From contig JAXGPF010000004.1 in NCBI GenBank assembly GCA_040767085.1, forward strand, positions 166,756 through 230,755: a stretch of 64,000 bases of DNA, read 5' to 3'. The translations under genes and the position numbers were made by a program. Below the pieces are notes generated by a model, which saw only the letters and a program-made list of their open reading frames with translations, ran no database searches and was not told the DNA's origin. This DNA is from Kiritimatiellia bacterium. Its GTDB lineage: Bacteria > Verrucomicrobiota > Kiritimatiellia > JAAZAB01. Shown here piece after piece: positions 20,413 through 29,168 of this stretch (position 1 is the stretch's first letter; every line of letters begins with the position of its first letter).

Positions 20413-22389
20413 ATGGATTTTTTCGAGCACCAGGCGCGCGCCCGCCGCAATACCAGCCGCTTGATTTTCTTTTATGGCCTGGCGGTGGCGCTGATCATAT
20501 TGTCGGTTTACCTCGCCTTTGCTTGCACCATGGGCCTCGCCCGGACCGCCGGCGGGGATGCCGCGTCCGCCCCGATGCCGCTATGGAATCCCGGATTGTT
20601 TGCCCTGGCGGCGGCCGGCACGCTGCTGGTGGTGCTGGGCGGCACCGCTTACAAGATCGCGCGCTTGGCCCAGGGCGGCAGTGCCGTGGCAGCCCTCCTG
20701 GGCGGCCGCCGGATCAACCGCAATACCGCCCGCCTGGACGAGCGCAAGGTGTTGAACGTCGTCGAGGAGATGGCGATTGCCGCCGGCATCCCCGTGCCGC
20801 CGGTTTTCCTGCTGGAAAATGAAACCGGGATCAACGCCTTTGCCGCCGGGTTCGCCCCGGCGGATGCGGTGATCGGCATCACCCGAGGCGCCATGGGACA
20901 ACTCTCCCGCGATGAATTGCAGGGCGTAATCGCCCATGAATTCAGCCATATCTTCAACGGCGATATGCGCCTCAACATCCGGCTGATGGGAGTCTTGCAC
21001 GGCATCCTGCTGATCGGGCTGATCGGCTATTGGCTGCTGCGGAGTTCCCTGTATTCCAACCGTTACGGGTCTTCCAGAAAAGACAAGGGCAATTCCGGGG
21101 CGCAGCTCGCCATCCTGGGCCTGGCGCTTTCGGCGATCGGATTCGTCGGGGTGTTTTTCGCCAAGCTGATCAAGAGCGCCGTTTCGCGCCAGCGCGAGTT
21201 CCTGGCTGACGCCGCGGCCGTGCAATTCACCCGCAACCCGGCCGGCATCGCCGGCGCATTGAAAAAAATCGGCGGACTCTCCGCCGGTTCAAGGGTCAAG
21301 GACGCCCATGCCGAGGAAGCCAGCCACTTTTTTTTCGCCAACGGCCTGGCTTCCGCCTGGTTTTCCCTGATGGCCACCCATCCGCCTCTTACGGAGCGCA
21401 TCCGCCGGATCGATCCATCCTTCACCGGCGTGTTTCCCGAGATAGCCGCGCCGCCCCCGCCCCGGTCTGATCTGGGCTCACCAGGGATGGATCGCCCCAC
21501 CCCGGAGTTGCTCTACGCGGCCATGGCGGCGGGCGCGGACGCCCGCACTGTGCGCGTCACCGCGGGGAATGTGGTGGCCGCCGTGGGCGCTCCCCAGGCG
21601 GCGCATCTGCGTTACTCGCAAAACCTGCTGGCAGCCTTGCCGCCCGCGCTGCTGACCGCCGTCCGGGAAACTACCGGCGCCCAGGCAATTATTTTCAACC
21701 TGCTCTTGAGCGCCGATGCGTCAACCCGCGCCCGGCAGCAGCAAATGCTGAGGCATAACGCCGACCCCGCCGTCCAACAGGCGGCCGACGCACTGGCCGC
21801 CCCTGCCCGCAGCCTGTCGCCGGAATTGCGCCTGCCGTTGGCGGACATGGCCATTGCGACGCTCAAGGAGTTGACGCGCGGCTCGTACGGCAAATTCCGC
21901 GCCGCGATGGAGCAGTTGATCACGGCCGACGAGCAGGTGGATTTGTTTGAATACACCTTGTACCGCATGCTGTTGCGGCATTTGACGCCGTATTTTGAAA
22001 AGCCGCGCCCCGCTCCCATCCGGTATTACACCCTCAAACCGGTGCAGACTGCATGCCGGGAAGTGCTGGCCTGCCTGGCATATTGGGGCGACCCGTCCGG
22101 CGCGGGCGTGCAGCGGCATTTTGATGCCGGCTGGGCGCGGCTGCCCATAGCCGCCGGCGATGCCGCGCCGGCCATGCCCCCCCGCCAGGCCTGCGGGGTG
22201 CGGACCCTGGACACGGCGCTGGGAAAACTGGCCCAGGCCGAGCCCGCGCTGAAGAAACGGATCATGGACGCCTGCGTAGCGTGTGTCGCCGCTGATGGCG
22301 CCGTAAATGCTGCCGAGGCCCAGGTGCTGCGCGCCGTCGGCGACACCCTGGGCTGCCCCATCCCGCCGATCATGGCCGAGGCTGCCTGA
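20413..22389 (+). CDS. M48-family zinc metallopeptidase (HtpX-like) with an extra C-terminal TerB-like region
   Basis: HEFSH zinc motif in GVIAHEFSHIFNGD. N-terminal TM segments. The C-terminal ~150 aa (ACVACVAADGAVNAAEAQVLRAVGDTLGCP) resembles a TerB-like domain. Sits next to lemA. Confidence 0.65.
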   Translation: MDFFEHQARARRNTSRLIFFYGLAVALIILSVYLAFACTMGLARTAGGDAASAPMPLWNPGLFALAAAGTLLVVLGGTAYKIARLAQGGSAVAALLGGRRINRNTARLDERKVLNVVEEMAIAAGIPVPPVFLLENETGINAFAAGFAPADAVIGITRGAMGQLSRDELQGVIAHEFSHIFNGDMRLNIRLMGVLHGILLIGLIGYWLLRSSLYSNRYGSSRKDKGNSGAQLAILGLALSAIGFVGVFFAKLIKSAVSRQREFLADAAAVQFTRNPAGIAGALKKIGGLSAGSRVKDAHAEEASHFFFANGLASAWFSLMATHPPLTERIRRIDPSFTGVFPEIAAPPPPRSDLGSPGMDRPTPELLYAAMAAGADARTVRVTAGNVVAAVGAPQAAHLRYSQNLLAALPPALLTAVRETTGAQAIIFNLLLSADASTRARQQQMLRHNADPAVQQAADALAAPARSLSPELRLPLADMAIATLKELTRGSYGKFRAAMEQLITADEQVDLFEYTLYRMLLRHLTPYFEKPRPAPIRYYTLKPVQTACREVLACLAYWGDPSGAGVQRHFDAGWARLPIAAGDAAPAMPPRQACGVRTLDTALGKLAQAEPALKKRIMDACVACVAADGAVNAAEAQVLRAVGDTLGCPIPPIMAEAA

Positions 22390-22393
22390 GGCG

Positions 22394-23004
22394 CTAATCC
22401 GCCACCTCCAGATGCCGCGGCCCAAAGACTGCCGTTAATCCGCCGGCGGCGGATGCGACCCGAACGCGCAGCCAGTCCCCGGCAACCCGCCCGGCTGCAA
22501 CCTGTTGCATGACGGCCGGACGGCCAGTCCGCGCCGGCGCGATAACCGCCGCAAACCAGACCGAAGTGCCAGCGCGGCCGGGGTCAACGCCCAGTTCCCC
22601 GCCAAATCCGTAAAAGACAAAACTCAATTTATCCAGATGGCCGTGGACGCCGCCATATGGCCCGAATGTCATTCCCGCCGCCAATTCCGCCGCGCCGCCA
22701 CGCCGCAGGATCACATGGCCGGCCGCCGGTAACATAATTATACGGCAGATTCCAGGCCGTCGTACCGCGGCGCGGATAATGCGCATAGCTTTCCGCATAC
22801 CCGATCAACAGCCGCCGGGCATGTTCCGCATATTTCCTTTCGCCGGTCAGCGCATACGCCCAGGCGCAATCCAACAGATCGTGTTGATTGGCGGCATGCC
22901 GCCGGCCGAAAATCACGTCATCGTAGGGCTCACCCGTGTATTTTTTCCGGCATAAGCGCCCGGCAAGATCAAAATCCCGGCTGGTTTGCTCCGCGTCGGG
23001 ATGC
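22394..23004 (-). pseudogene. Heparinase II/III-like (polysaccharide lyase) gene remnant, frameshifted with a large internal deletion
   Basis: An upstream frame reads ...DAEQTSRDFDLAGRLCRKKYTGEPYDDVIFGRRHAANQHDLLDCAWAYALTGERKYAEHARRLLIGYAESYAHYP, like the heparinase II/III N-terminal domain. A second frame reads GHVILRRGG...FGPYGGVHGHLDKLSFVFYGFGGELGVDPG, matching the GHGHxDxLSF motif of the heparinase II/III C-terminal domain. There is no start codon: an in-frame TGA precedes the first frame. The two frames are joined across about 25 aa where about 200 aa would be expected. Confidence 0.5.
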
Positions 23005-23149
23005 GGGGCGGATTTATGGTTATCCTGTATTCATGGCGGAACCGGAATTCAGTCAAACATTTGCTTCAAATGATTGGCGGAATGTGATAAATTTTTAATT
23101 CCGTGATGTTTCGCCATCAAACCGCTGCTGAAAAAAGGAATCCGATACG

Positions 23150-24061
23150 ATGAAAATCAGCATCATTCTCCACGCCAACTGCGTCGAACAGGGACAGACG
23201 ATTGACGAGATGTGCGCTTACGCGGTCAAATGGGGTTACGACGGCATTGAATTCCGCAGCAAACGGACGGGCGGGGATGAGACGCGCGATAATTACCTGG
23301 ACGCCATCGCGCGGGCGCGCGACCGGCATGGCCTGCGGGAAGTCTGCTTTGGCAGTCCCGGGCCCAACTTGATGCAGCCTGATGCCGGTGCCCGCCAAAG
23401 GGCGACGGATGAATATGCCGCGTTCCTGCGCACGGCGGCCAGCCGCCTTGGCGTGAAGGCCGTCAACACCTTTGCCGGCCAACTCTTGAATCCAGCGCCC
23501 CATGCGCCTTTAACGGACAGCGCCCTGCACGGCTCCGCCATCGCCACCGAGGCGCACTACGCCTGGGCAGCGGAAGGATTCCGCCAACTCGGCCCGGTCG
23601 CGGAAGAACTCGGTCTCCGCCTGGCGTTGGAAACCCAGCGCGGTTACCTGCACGACACGCCCGCCAGCGCGCTGAAACTCGTGAACCTGATCGGCCACGC
23701 CCACGTAGGCATCAATCTCGATTGCGTCTGCATCAGCGGGCAACCCAATCCGCCCTCCGTGCCGGAAATCCTGGCCATGCTGGCCGGCCACATCTACTAT
23801 GTCCACCTGCGCAATATCTGCCGCCTGGCAAGCCGCGAGGCGTTGCGGGTGGGCCTCGGCGACGGGGAGATCAACCACCGGTTGTTGCTGCGGCTGCTCC
23901 TACGACAGGGGTATGCGGGACCGCTCTGCATTGAATCCCCGCGCTCCGGCGATCGCGAGTGGTTTGCCCGGCAGGACATCGCGTATTTGCGGACGGTGCT
24001 CGCGGAAATCGACTCCGCCGCCCCTGAAGCTATGACGAACCCGGCCCGCCCCCGGGGGTAA
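23150..24061 (+). CDS. Sugar phosphate isomerase/epimerase (xylose isomerase-like TIM barrel)
   Basis: GYDGIEF...LALETQRGYLHD...YVHLRN are conserved patterns of the AP_endonuc_2 / xylose isomerase-like TIM-barrel family. Confidence 0.65.
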   Translation: MKISIILHANCVEQGQTIDEMCAYAVKWGYDGIEFRSKRTGGDETRDNYLDAIARARDRHGLREVCFGSPGPNLMQPDAGARQRATDEYAAFLRTAASRLGVKAVNTFAGQLLNPAPHAPLTDSALHGSAIATEAHYAWAAEGFRQLGPVAEELGLRLALETQRGYLHDTPASALKLVNLIGHAHVGINLDCVCISGQPNPPSVPEILAMLAGHIYYVHLRNICRLASREALRVGLGDGEINHRLLLRLLLRQGYAGPLCIESPRSGDREWFARQDIAYLRTVLAEIDSAAPEAMTNPARPRG

Positions 24062-24165
24062 TCCAGATCGCGCGCGGGGACTTGAATATTGCGCTTGCAG
24101 TGCGCAACGTTCAGGTATAATCTGGATTGCAGCGAGGATTACCCTCGCCTTAAAAGGAGAATGCG

Positions 24166-24612
24166 ATGAAAGCATCACGTATGATCGTTGCCTTGTCGGG
24201 TATGCTGTTGATGAGCGCCGCCGGATTTGCAGGCGCGGCCGCGGAGGATGCCCCGGATATCAGCCTGGCTGACTTGAAACAGGCTATGGCCGAAAAGCAG
24301 GTGTGCCTGCTGGACTGCAACGGCAGCGCATCTTATGCCAGGGGTCATATCCCCGGCGCCATTGATTTTGAAGCCCGCCAGGCCGAGCTGGAAAAATTAT
24401 TGCCCGCGGACAAAGCCGTCCTGGTAGTCGCCTATTGCGGCGGGCCGAAATGCCTGGCTTACCGGGACGGCGTCGCGGCGGCCGCGAAACTGGGCTACAC
24501 CAACATCAAGCATTTTTCCGGCGGCCTATCCGGATGGAAACAGGCTGGCGAAATGCTGGAGCCGGCCGCGCCAAGCGCCGCCACCCAACCCGCCGCGCAG
24601 GCCGCGCCATGA
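24166..24612 (+). CDS. Secreted rhodanese-domain protein
   Basis: Signal peptide, then LLDCNGSASYARGHIPGAIDF...VVAYCGGPKCLAY, a rhodanese fold with an active-site Cys in CGG context. Upstream -10 TATAAT at 24116-24121 and an aaaaggaga SD. Confidence 0.7.
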   Translation: MKASRMIVALSGMLLMSAAGFAGAAAEDAPDISLADLKQAMAEKQVCLLDCNGSASYARGHIPGAIDFEARQAELEKLLPADKAVLVVAYCGGPKCLAYRDGVAAAAKLGYTNIKHFSGGLSGWKQAGEMLEPAAPSAATQPAAQAAP

Positions 24613-25367
24613 CCGGGCCGTGCGCGCGAATTGCCATCATCACCGGCGCCACATCCGGCATCGGTGAAGCCACCGCCAGGAAATTTGCCGCCGCCGGGTT
24701 CGGCGTGGCCGGCAACGGGCGCAATGCGGCCAAGCTGGCCGCCCTGGAAAAGGAACTGGGCCAGCTGTTCCATGGCGTAGCGGGTGATGCCTCCGACCCC
24801 GCGGTCATTGAAGAACTATTCGCGGCCGCCGAACGCTTCGGCCGCCCGGCGGACATAGTGGTGGCCAACGCCGGCCGGGGTCTGGGCGGCTCGGTGAAAG
24901 ACGCCGACTTTGCGCAATTCGAAGACCGGTTGAAACTCAACGTGGCGGCCGTCCTGGCCCTCCTGCAGCGGGCGGCGCGCGACATGACCGCACGGCAGGC
25001 GCAAAACTTCCCGCGGACACCGGCCGACATCGTGGTGATCGGCTCGGTGGTGGGGCGCCATATCTCCCCCTTCAGCGCGGTTTACGGCGCCACCAAGTTT
25101 GCCGTGCATGCCCTGGCCGAGGGACTGCGGCGTGAAATCGGCCCCAGCGGCGTGCGCGTTTCGCTGGTTGAGCCGGGTATTGTCCTCAGCGGCTTTCAGG
25201 ACGCGGCCGGCTACACCGCTGAGATGCGGCAGGGCTTTCATGACAAATTCGGCCCGCTGCTCATCGGCAGCGATGTGGCCGAAGCCATTTACTATATTGT
25301 CACCCGCCCGCCCCACATGCACATCAGCGATATTGTGGTGCGTCCGACGCGCCAGGACTATCCGTAA
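24609..25367 (+). CDS. Short-chain dehydrogenase/reductase (SDR)
   Basis: IAIITGATSGIGEATARKF (TGxxxGIG Rossmann motif) and YGATKFAV (YxxxK). The ATG at 24609 overlaps the rhodanese stop as ATGA. Confidence 0.8.
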   Translation: MTGPCARIAIITGATSGIGEATARKFAAAGFGVAGNGRNAAKLAALEKELGQLFHGVAGDASDPAVIEELFAAAERFGRPADIVVANAGRGLGGSVKDADFAQFEDRLKLNVAAVLALLQRAARDMTARQAQNFPRTPADIVVIGSVVGRHISPFSAVYGATKFAVHALAEGLRREIGPSGVRVSLVEPGIVLSGFQDAAGYTAEMRQGFHDKFGPLLIGSDVAEAIYYIVTRPPHMHISDIVVRPTRQDYP

Positions 25368-25384
25368 TCGAAAGACCGACAGGT

Positions 25385-26896
25385 ATGCAGCAGATTTTAG
25401 TTGGCAAGGGGGAGCGTCCGGTAACGCTGCCGGCCCGCTACGGCAACCGCCACGGACTGATCGCAGGCGCCACCGGCACCGGCAAAACCGTCTCATTGAT
25501 GGTCCTGGCCGAGGGCTTTTCACGGATGGGCGTGCCGGTTTTCATGGCCGATGTCAAAGGGGACGTGGCCGGCCTGGCGGCGGCGGGTGCGCCCGGCGAA
25601 AAACTCCTGCAGCGGGCGCGGCAGATCGGCGTAAAAAATTACGCCGGGGAGGCCAATCCTGTGATTTTCTGGGATGTGTTCGGCCGGTCCGGCCACCCGG
25701 TGCGGACGACGGTCAGCGAAATCGGCCCCAGTCTGCTGGCGCGTATCCTGGGAATCAACGAAGTCCAGTCGGGCATGCTGGAAATCGCCTTTAAACTCGC
25801 GGATGACCAGGGTTGGCTGCTGCTCGACCTGGACGACCTGCGCGCCCTGCTGGGCTATGTCGCCGACCACCGCAGTGAAATTTCCCGGCAATACGGACTG
25901 ATCAGCGCGCCCTCCATCGCCGCCGTCCAGCGTTCGCTGCTGACCCTGCAACGCGAAGGCGGGGCAGCCTTCCTGGGCGAGCCGGCGCTGGAACTGGGCG
26001 ATTTGATGCGCACCGATCTCAGCGGGCGCGGCGTCATCAGCATCCTGGCCGCCGACCAGCTGATTTTGCGGCCGCGATTGTATTCCAGCCTGCTGCTGTG
26101 GCTGCTTTCCGAATTGTTTGAGAACCTGCCGGAAGTGGGCGATCCCGAACAGCCGCGCCTGGTGTTTTTCTTCGACGAAGCCCACCTGCTCTTCGACGAT
26201 GCCCCGGCCATGCTGCGCCAGCGCGTCGAGCAAGTTGTGCGCATCATCCGCTCCAAGGGCGTCGGCGTGTATTTTTGTTCGCAATTGCCGGATGATATCC
26301 CGGGTGAAATCCTCGGCCAGCTCGGCAACCGCATCCAGCACGCCCTGCGCGCTTTCACGCCGCGCGATCAGAAAGCCGTCAAAACCGCGGCTGAAACCTT
26401 CGCTGTCAATCCGGGACTGGACGCCGCCGCGGCCATCACGCAACTGGGCGTCGGCGAGGCCCTGGTCTCCACCCTGCAGGAAAAAGGCATTCCCCTGCCG
26501 GTGGAACGAGCCTTGATCAGTCCGCCGCGCTGCCGCATGGGCGCGATTACCCCCGAGGAACGCGCCGCCATCCGCGCCCGCAGCCCGGTGGGCGCCAAAT
26601 ACGATCAACCCGTCAACCGGGAATCGGCCTACGAAATTCTGGCGCGCCGGGCCATGCAAGGCAGCCCGGCCCCGGAGCCGGTAATGCCGCCGGCGCCGCG
26701 GCCGGACCGGGCTCCGCCTGCCCAGCCGGACGGCGGTCGGGGCAAATTCGGCGAAATGCTCTGGGGCACCAAGCGCCGCCAGGGGATGGTGGAAACGCTG
26801 GCGAAACAGACGGCGCGCACTGTGGGCAGCCAGCTTGGCCGGCAAATTCTGCGGGGCTTGCTGGGCGGCATACTGGGTGGCGCCCGCCGCCGCTAG
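25385..26896 (+). CDS. DUF853-family NTPase (HerA/FtsK-like P-loop ATPase, YjgR-like)
   Basis: Walker A GATGTGKT, Walker B-like VFFFDEAHLLF, and the Gly-rich basic C-terminal tail typical of DUF853. Confidence 0.65.
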   Translation: MQQILVGKGERPVTLPARYGNRHGLIAGATGTGKTVSLMVLAEGFSRMGVPVFMADVKGDVAGLAAAGAPGEKLLQRARQIGVKNYAGEANPVIFWDVFGRSGHPVRTTVSEIGPSLLARILGINEVQSGMLEIAFKLADDQGWLLLDLDDLRALLGYVADHRSEISRQYGLISAPSIAAVQRSLLTLQREGGAAFLGEPALELGDLMRTDLSGRGVISILAADQLILRPRLYSSLLLWLLSELFENLPEVGDPEQPRLVFFFDEAHLLFDDAPAMLRQRVEQVVRIIRSKGVGVYFCSQLPDDIPGEILGQLGNRIQHALRAFTPRDQKAVKTAAETFAVNPGLDAAAAITQLGVGEALVSTLQEKGIPLPVERALISPPRCRMGAITPEERAAIRARSPVGAKYDQPVNRESAYEILARRAMQGSPAPEPVMPPAPRPDRAPPAQPDGGRGKFGEMLWGTKRRQGMVETLAKQTARTVGSQLGRQILRGLLGGILGGARRR

Positions 26897-27000
26897 CGCC
26901 GCCAGTTTGTGGTTGCAAAAAGAAGCGGCTTCGGATAGTTTTACACTGTTGCCGGCCATGGCGACCGGCATGATTGGTTTCAGACGGGAGCATGATCGAA

Positions 27001-27210
27001 ATGAGCAAACAACCTGAATCACCGCCGCCGGAATGGGAACTCGGCGACTGGGAGGCGGCCCTGACGATCAATGTCGGCACGGCTTACGTTTGCCGCCAAT
27101 GCGGCAATCTGGTCATGGTAACTCGCGGCGGCGTCGGCACCCTGGACCTGGTCTGTTGCGGCGCCCCCATGGAAAAGATTGAAAAAACGCCGGCAGGAGG
27201 AACAGCCTGA
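27001..27210 (+). CDS. Desulforedoxin-like (Dx-type FeCys4) small protein
   Basis: YVCRQCGNLVMVTRGGVGTLDLVCCGAPM matches the desulforedoxin pattern CxxCG-x12-GTLxLVCCGxxM. GGGAG SD lies 10 nt upstream of the ATG at 27001. The stop overlaps the start of the next ORF (TGATG). Confidence 0.6.
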   Translation: MSKQPESPPPEWELGDWEAALTINVGTAYVCRQCGNLVMVTRGGVGTLDLVCCGAPMEKIEKTPAGGTA

Positions 27211-27458
27211 TGCCAGCCGCCAAACCCAGGGGAGCCATTTACGTCTGCCCGGTCTGCGGCGCCGAAATTATCGTGCTGGCGCCGTGCCAGGGCTGTTTCG
27301 CCCCACGCTGCTGCAACCAGCCCATGGAAATACGCCCGCAGCGTGTCAAATTCTACGTCTGCCCGGTCTGCGGCTCTGAAATCGCGGCGCTGCACCAGGC
27401 GCGCTCCGTCAATTTTCATCCCCGCTGCTGCGGCCAGGACATGCAACCGGCGGCGTGA
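27210..27458 (+). CDS. Tandem double desulforedoxin-like protein
   Basis: Two Dx-like units: YVCPVCGAEIIVLAPCQGCFAPRCCNQPM and YVCPVCGSEIAALHQARSVNFHPRCCGQDM. AGGAGG SD lies 8 nt upstream. Confidence 0.55.
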   Translation: MPAAKPRGAIYVCPVCGAEIIVLAPCQGCFAPRCCNQPMEIRPQRVKFYVCPVCGSEIAALHQARSVNFHPRCCGQDMQPAA

Positions 27459-27496
27459 CGGGACGCGTCCGCCTCGCGCGCGGCGTCGGTTGGCGG

Positions 27497-27904
27497 TTAT
27501 TCCACGGATACGACCACCCGGAAAACACTGCCCGGATCGGCGTTGCCGGCCTGTCGGTAAGTCATCACAATCTCGGTTTGCCCGCGCTGAACAGCTTCGA
27601 AAACCGTGTAATACCGCCCACCGGTGCCGACCTTGCCCCCGCTGTCATCCGCCGCATATCGCGGGCCTTCCATCCGCGCGACCACGGCGGCATCGTAGGC
27701 CCCAACCTCCCAGCGGTACCCGGTGGTGGGATTGCCGGTCAGACATATTTCCAATTCCTCCCCGCGTTCCAGACGCACCGCGGCGCCGTTGTCAGCTTCA
27801 GTGACACACTGTCCGCCCCGGTGTGACTCGCACCCGCCGGCCCACCCAGCCAGAATTAAAGCCGCCGCCGCACCGCCCCAACCCGCCAATCGCCATGCTT
27901 GCAT
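27497..27904 (-). CDS. Chagasin-family (I42) protease-inhibitor lipoprotein
   Basis: NPTTGYRWE is the I42 signature NPTTG(Y/F)xW. LAGWAGGC is a lipobox-like signal. ATG at 27904. Confidence 0.65.
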   Translation of the reverse strand: MQAWRLAGWGGAAAALILAGWAGGCESHRGGQCVTEADNGAAVRLERGEELEICLTGNPTTGYRWEVGAYDAAVVARMEGPRYAADDSGGKVGTGGRYYTVFEAVQRGQTEIVMTYRQAGNADPGSVFRVVVSVE

Positions 27905-28050
27905 GCCATCCCCCTTGTTTTCCTGAATGAATCTACCTCCCGGCCCGGCCTGCACCCGGCGTCCTGCGCGCGCCGGAAATTGCCAGCTTGACTCGCATAG
28001 CCGATTCCGGTACAAGTTACAAAGCGCCGTAAGCCGTTGCCGGGCAAATT

Positions 28051-28746
28051 ATGAATATCAAGCCGCATGATTTCTGGTACGCCGTAAACAACACGGAGAT
28101 CGTGTTGATGCCGCACAATCCCCTGGAAACGTTCGGCGTCACCAACCTGCGTTACTACATGGTCAGCGAATTGATGGACACCGTCAACCAGGTGCGGGTG
28201 CGGGAAGGCACCATTCAATCGCATCGGCCGCAGATCGTCACGCCGGCTTACTACGAGTCCGAAATCGCCGAAGGCTTCGGCGAACAAGCCCGACAATACG
28301 CGGAATGGCTGCGGCAGCACGCCCGCGATTTGCGCATTCTCCAATACGGCTTCAAAGTCCAGAAAACCGAGTTGAACGAACATATCATCTCCGCCCCGCC
28401 GCCCGCGGTTATTGAACAGATCAAGAAAAGCATCGCCGAAAAAGATGACAAACTGGCCGGCATCATCTACGGCGTGGATCAGCCATGGGATGTCTGCCTG
28501 ATCAAATTCATGGTGGACGTCATCCGCCAGTCGGCGCCGCTGAATTTCCAGGAATTGCATCAACGGCATTTGCTCGACGATGCCAACGGCGTGCCGAAGG
28601 CGGTCCGGCAGGAGGTCGAGCGCCTTTTCCTGGCCGCCAGCCGCGATTCTTCCCAAATCAAGCCCCTGGCCGGTTACCTGCGCAAACACGGCCTGTTTGG
28701 GGAATACGAAGACCGGTTTTTCGCATTGGTGCAGCAAGGCCGTTAA
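28051..28746 (+). CDS. Hypothetical protein (231 aa), lower GC than the surroundings
   Basis: Clean ORF with no recognisable motif; GC roughly 57% against about 68% locally. Confidence 0.45.
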   Translation: MNIKPHDFWYAVNNTEIVLMPHNPLETFGVTNLRYYMVSELMDTVNQVRVREGTIQSHRPQIVTPAYYESEIAEGFGEQARQYAEWLRQHARDLRILQYGFKVQKTELNEHIISAPPPAVIEQIKKSIAEKDDKLAGIIYGVDQPWDVCLIKFMVDVIRQSAPLNFQELHQRHLLDDANGVPKAVRQEVERLFLAASRDSSQIKPLAGYLRKHGLFGEYEDRFFALVQQGR

Positions 28747-28755
28747 GGCCGCCAG

Positions 28756-28938
28756 TCAACGCCCCCCCGCCCCCCAACCGGCCAGAAATCCCAGGATGCC
28801 CCAGATCGCCGGCGCCAGGTACGGATTGCCGGTCAAGGGGCAACCGCCGCCCCGGCACCCGACAAACCGGTAGAGGGCCCAACCCAGCAGTGCTCCCAGC
28901 ACACCGCCGATCACTGCGCGCAACCATGCGTGATGCAT
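28756..28938 (-). CDS. Small membrane protein with a CRGGGCP motif
   Basis: 60 aa with two hydrophobic segments flanking GCRGGGCPLTGNPY. Confidence 0.35.
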   Translation of the reverse strand: MHHAWLRAVIGGVLGALLGWALYRFVGCRGGGCPLTGNPYLAPAIWGILGFLAGWGAGGR

Positions 28939-29168
28939 ATTTCATCCTCCTATTCGGCAGCATATTCCCTGCGCCATGGAAAAACAATTCATTTCGTCGC
29001 CGCTGGTGAAAAAGAGACTGATTTCACCTTCGTCCCTGTTTTCGCTTTTGCGCTCCCGTATCAGTTTATTTTACTGGCATTTGATCCGGACAAGTGTTAT
29101 TTTTAAGCGCGCGTGGAGTGCTGTGCTATCTGAATCATCTTATAGCAAGCAGGTTATGAACGACGAAA

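Noticed and set aside
25520-27022. 500-aa minus-strand ORF
   Set aside because: Antisense to the DUF853 ATPase, which has Walker motifs; the translation is low-complexity.
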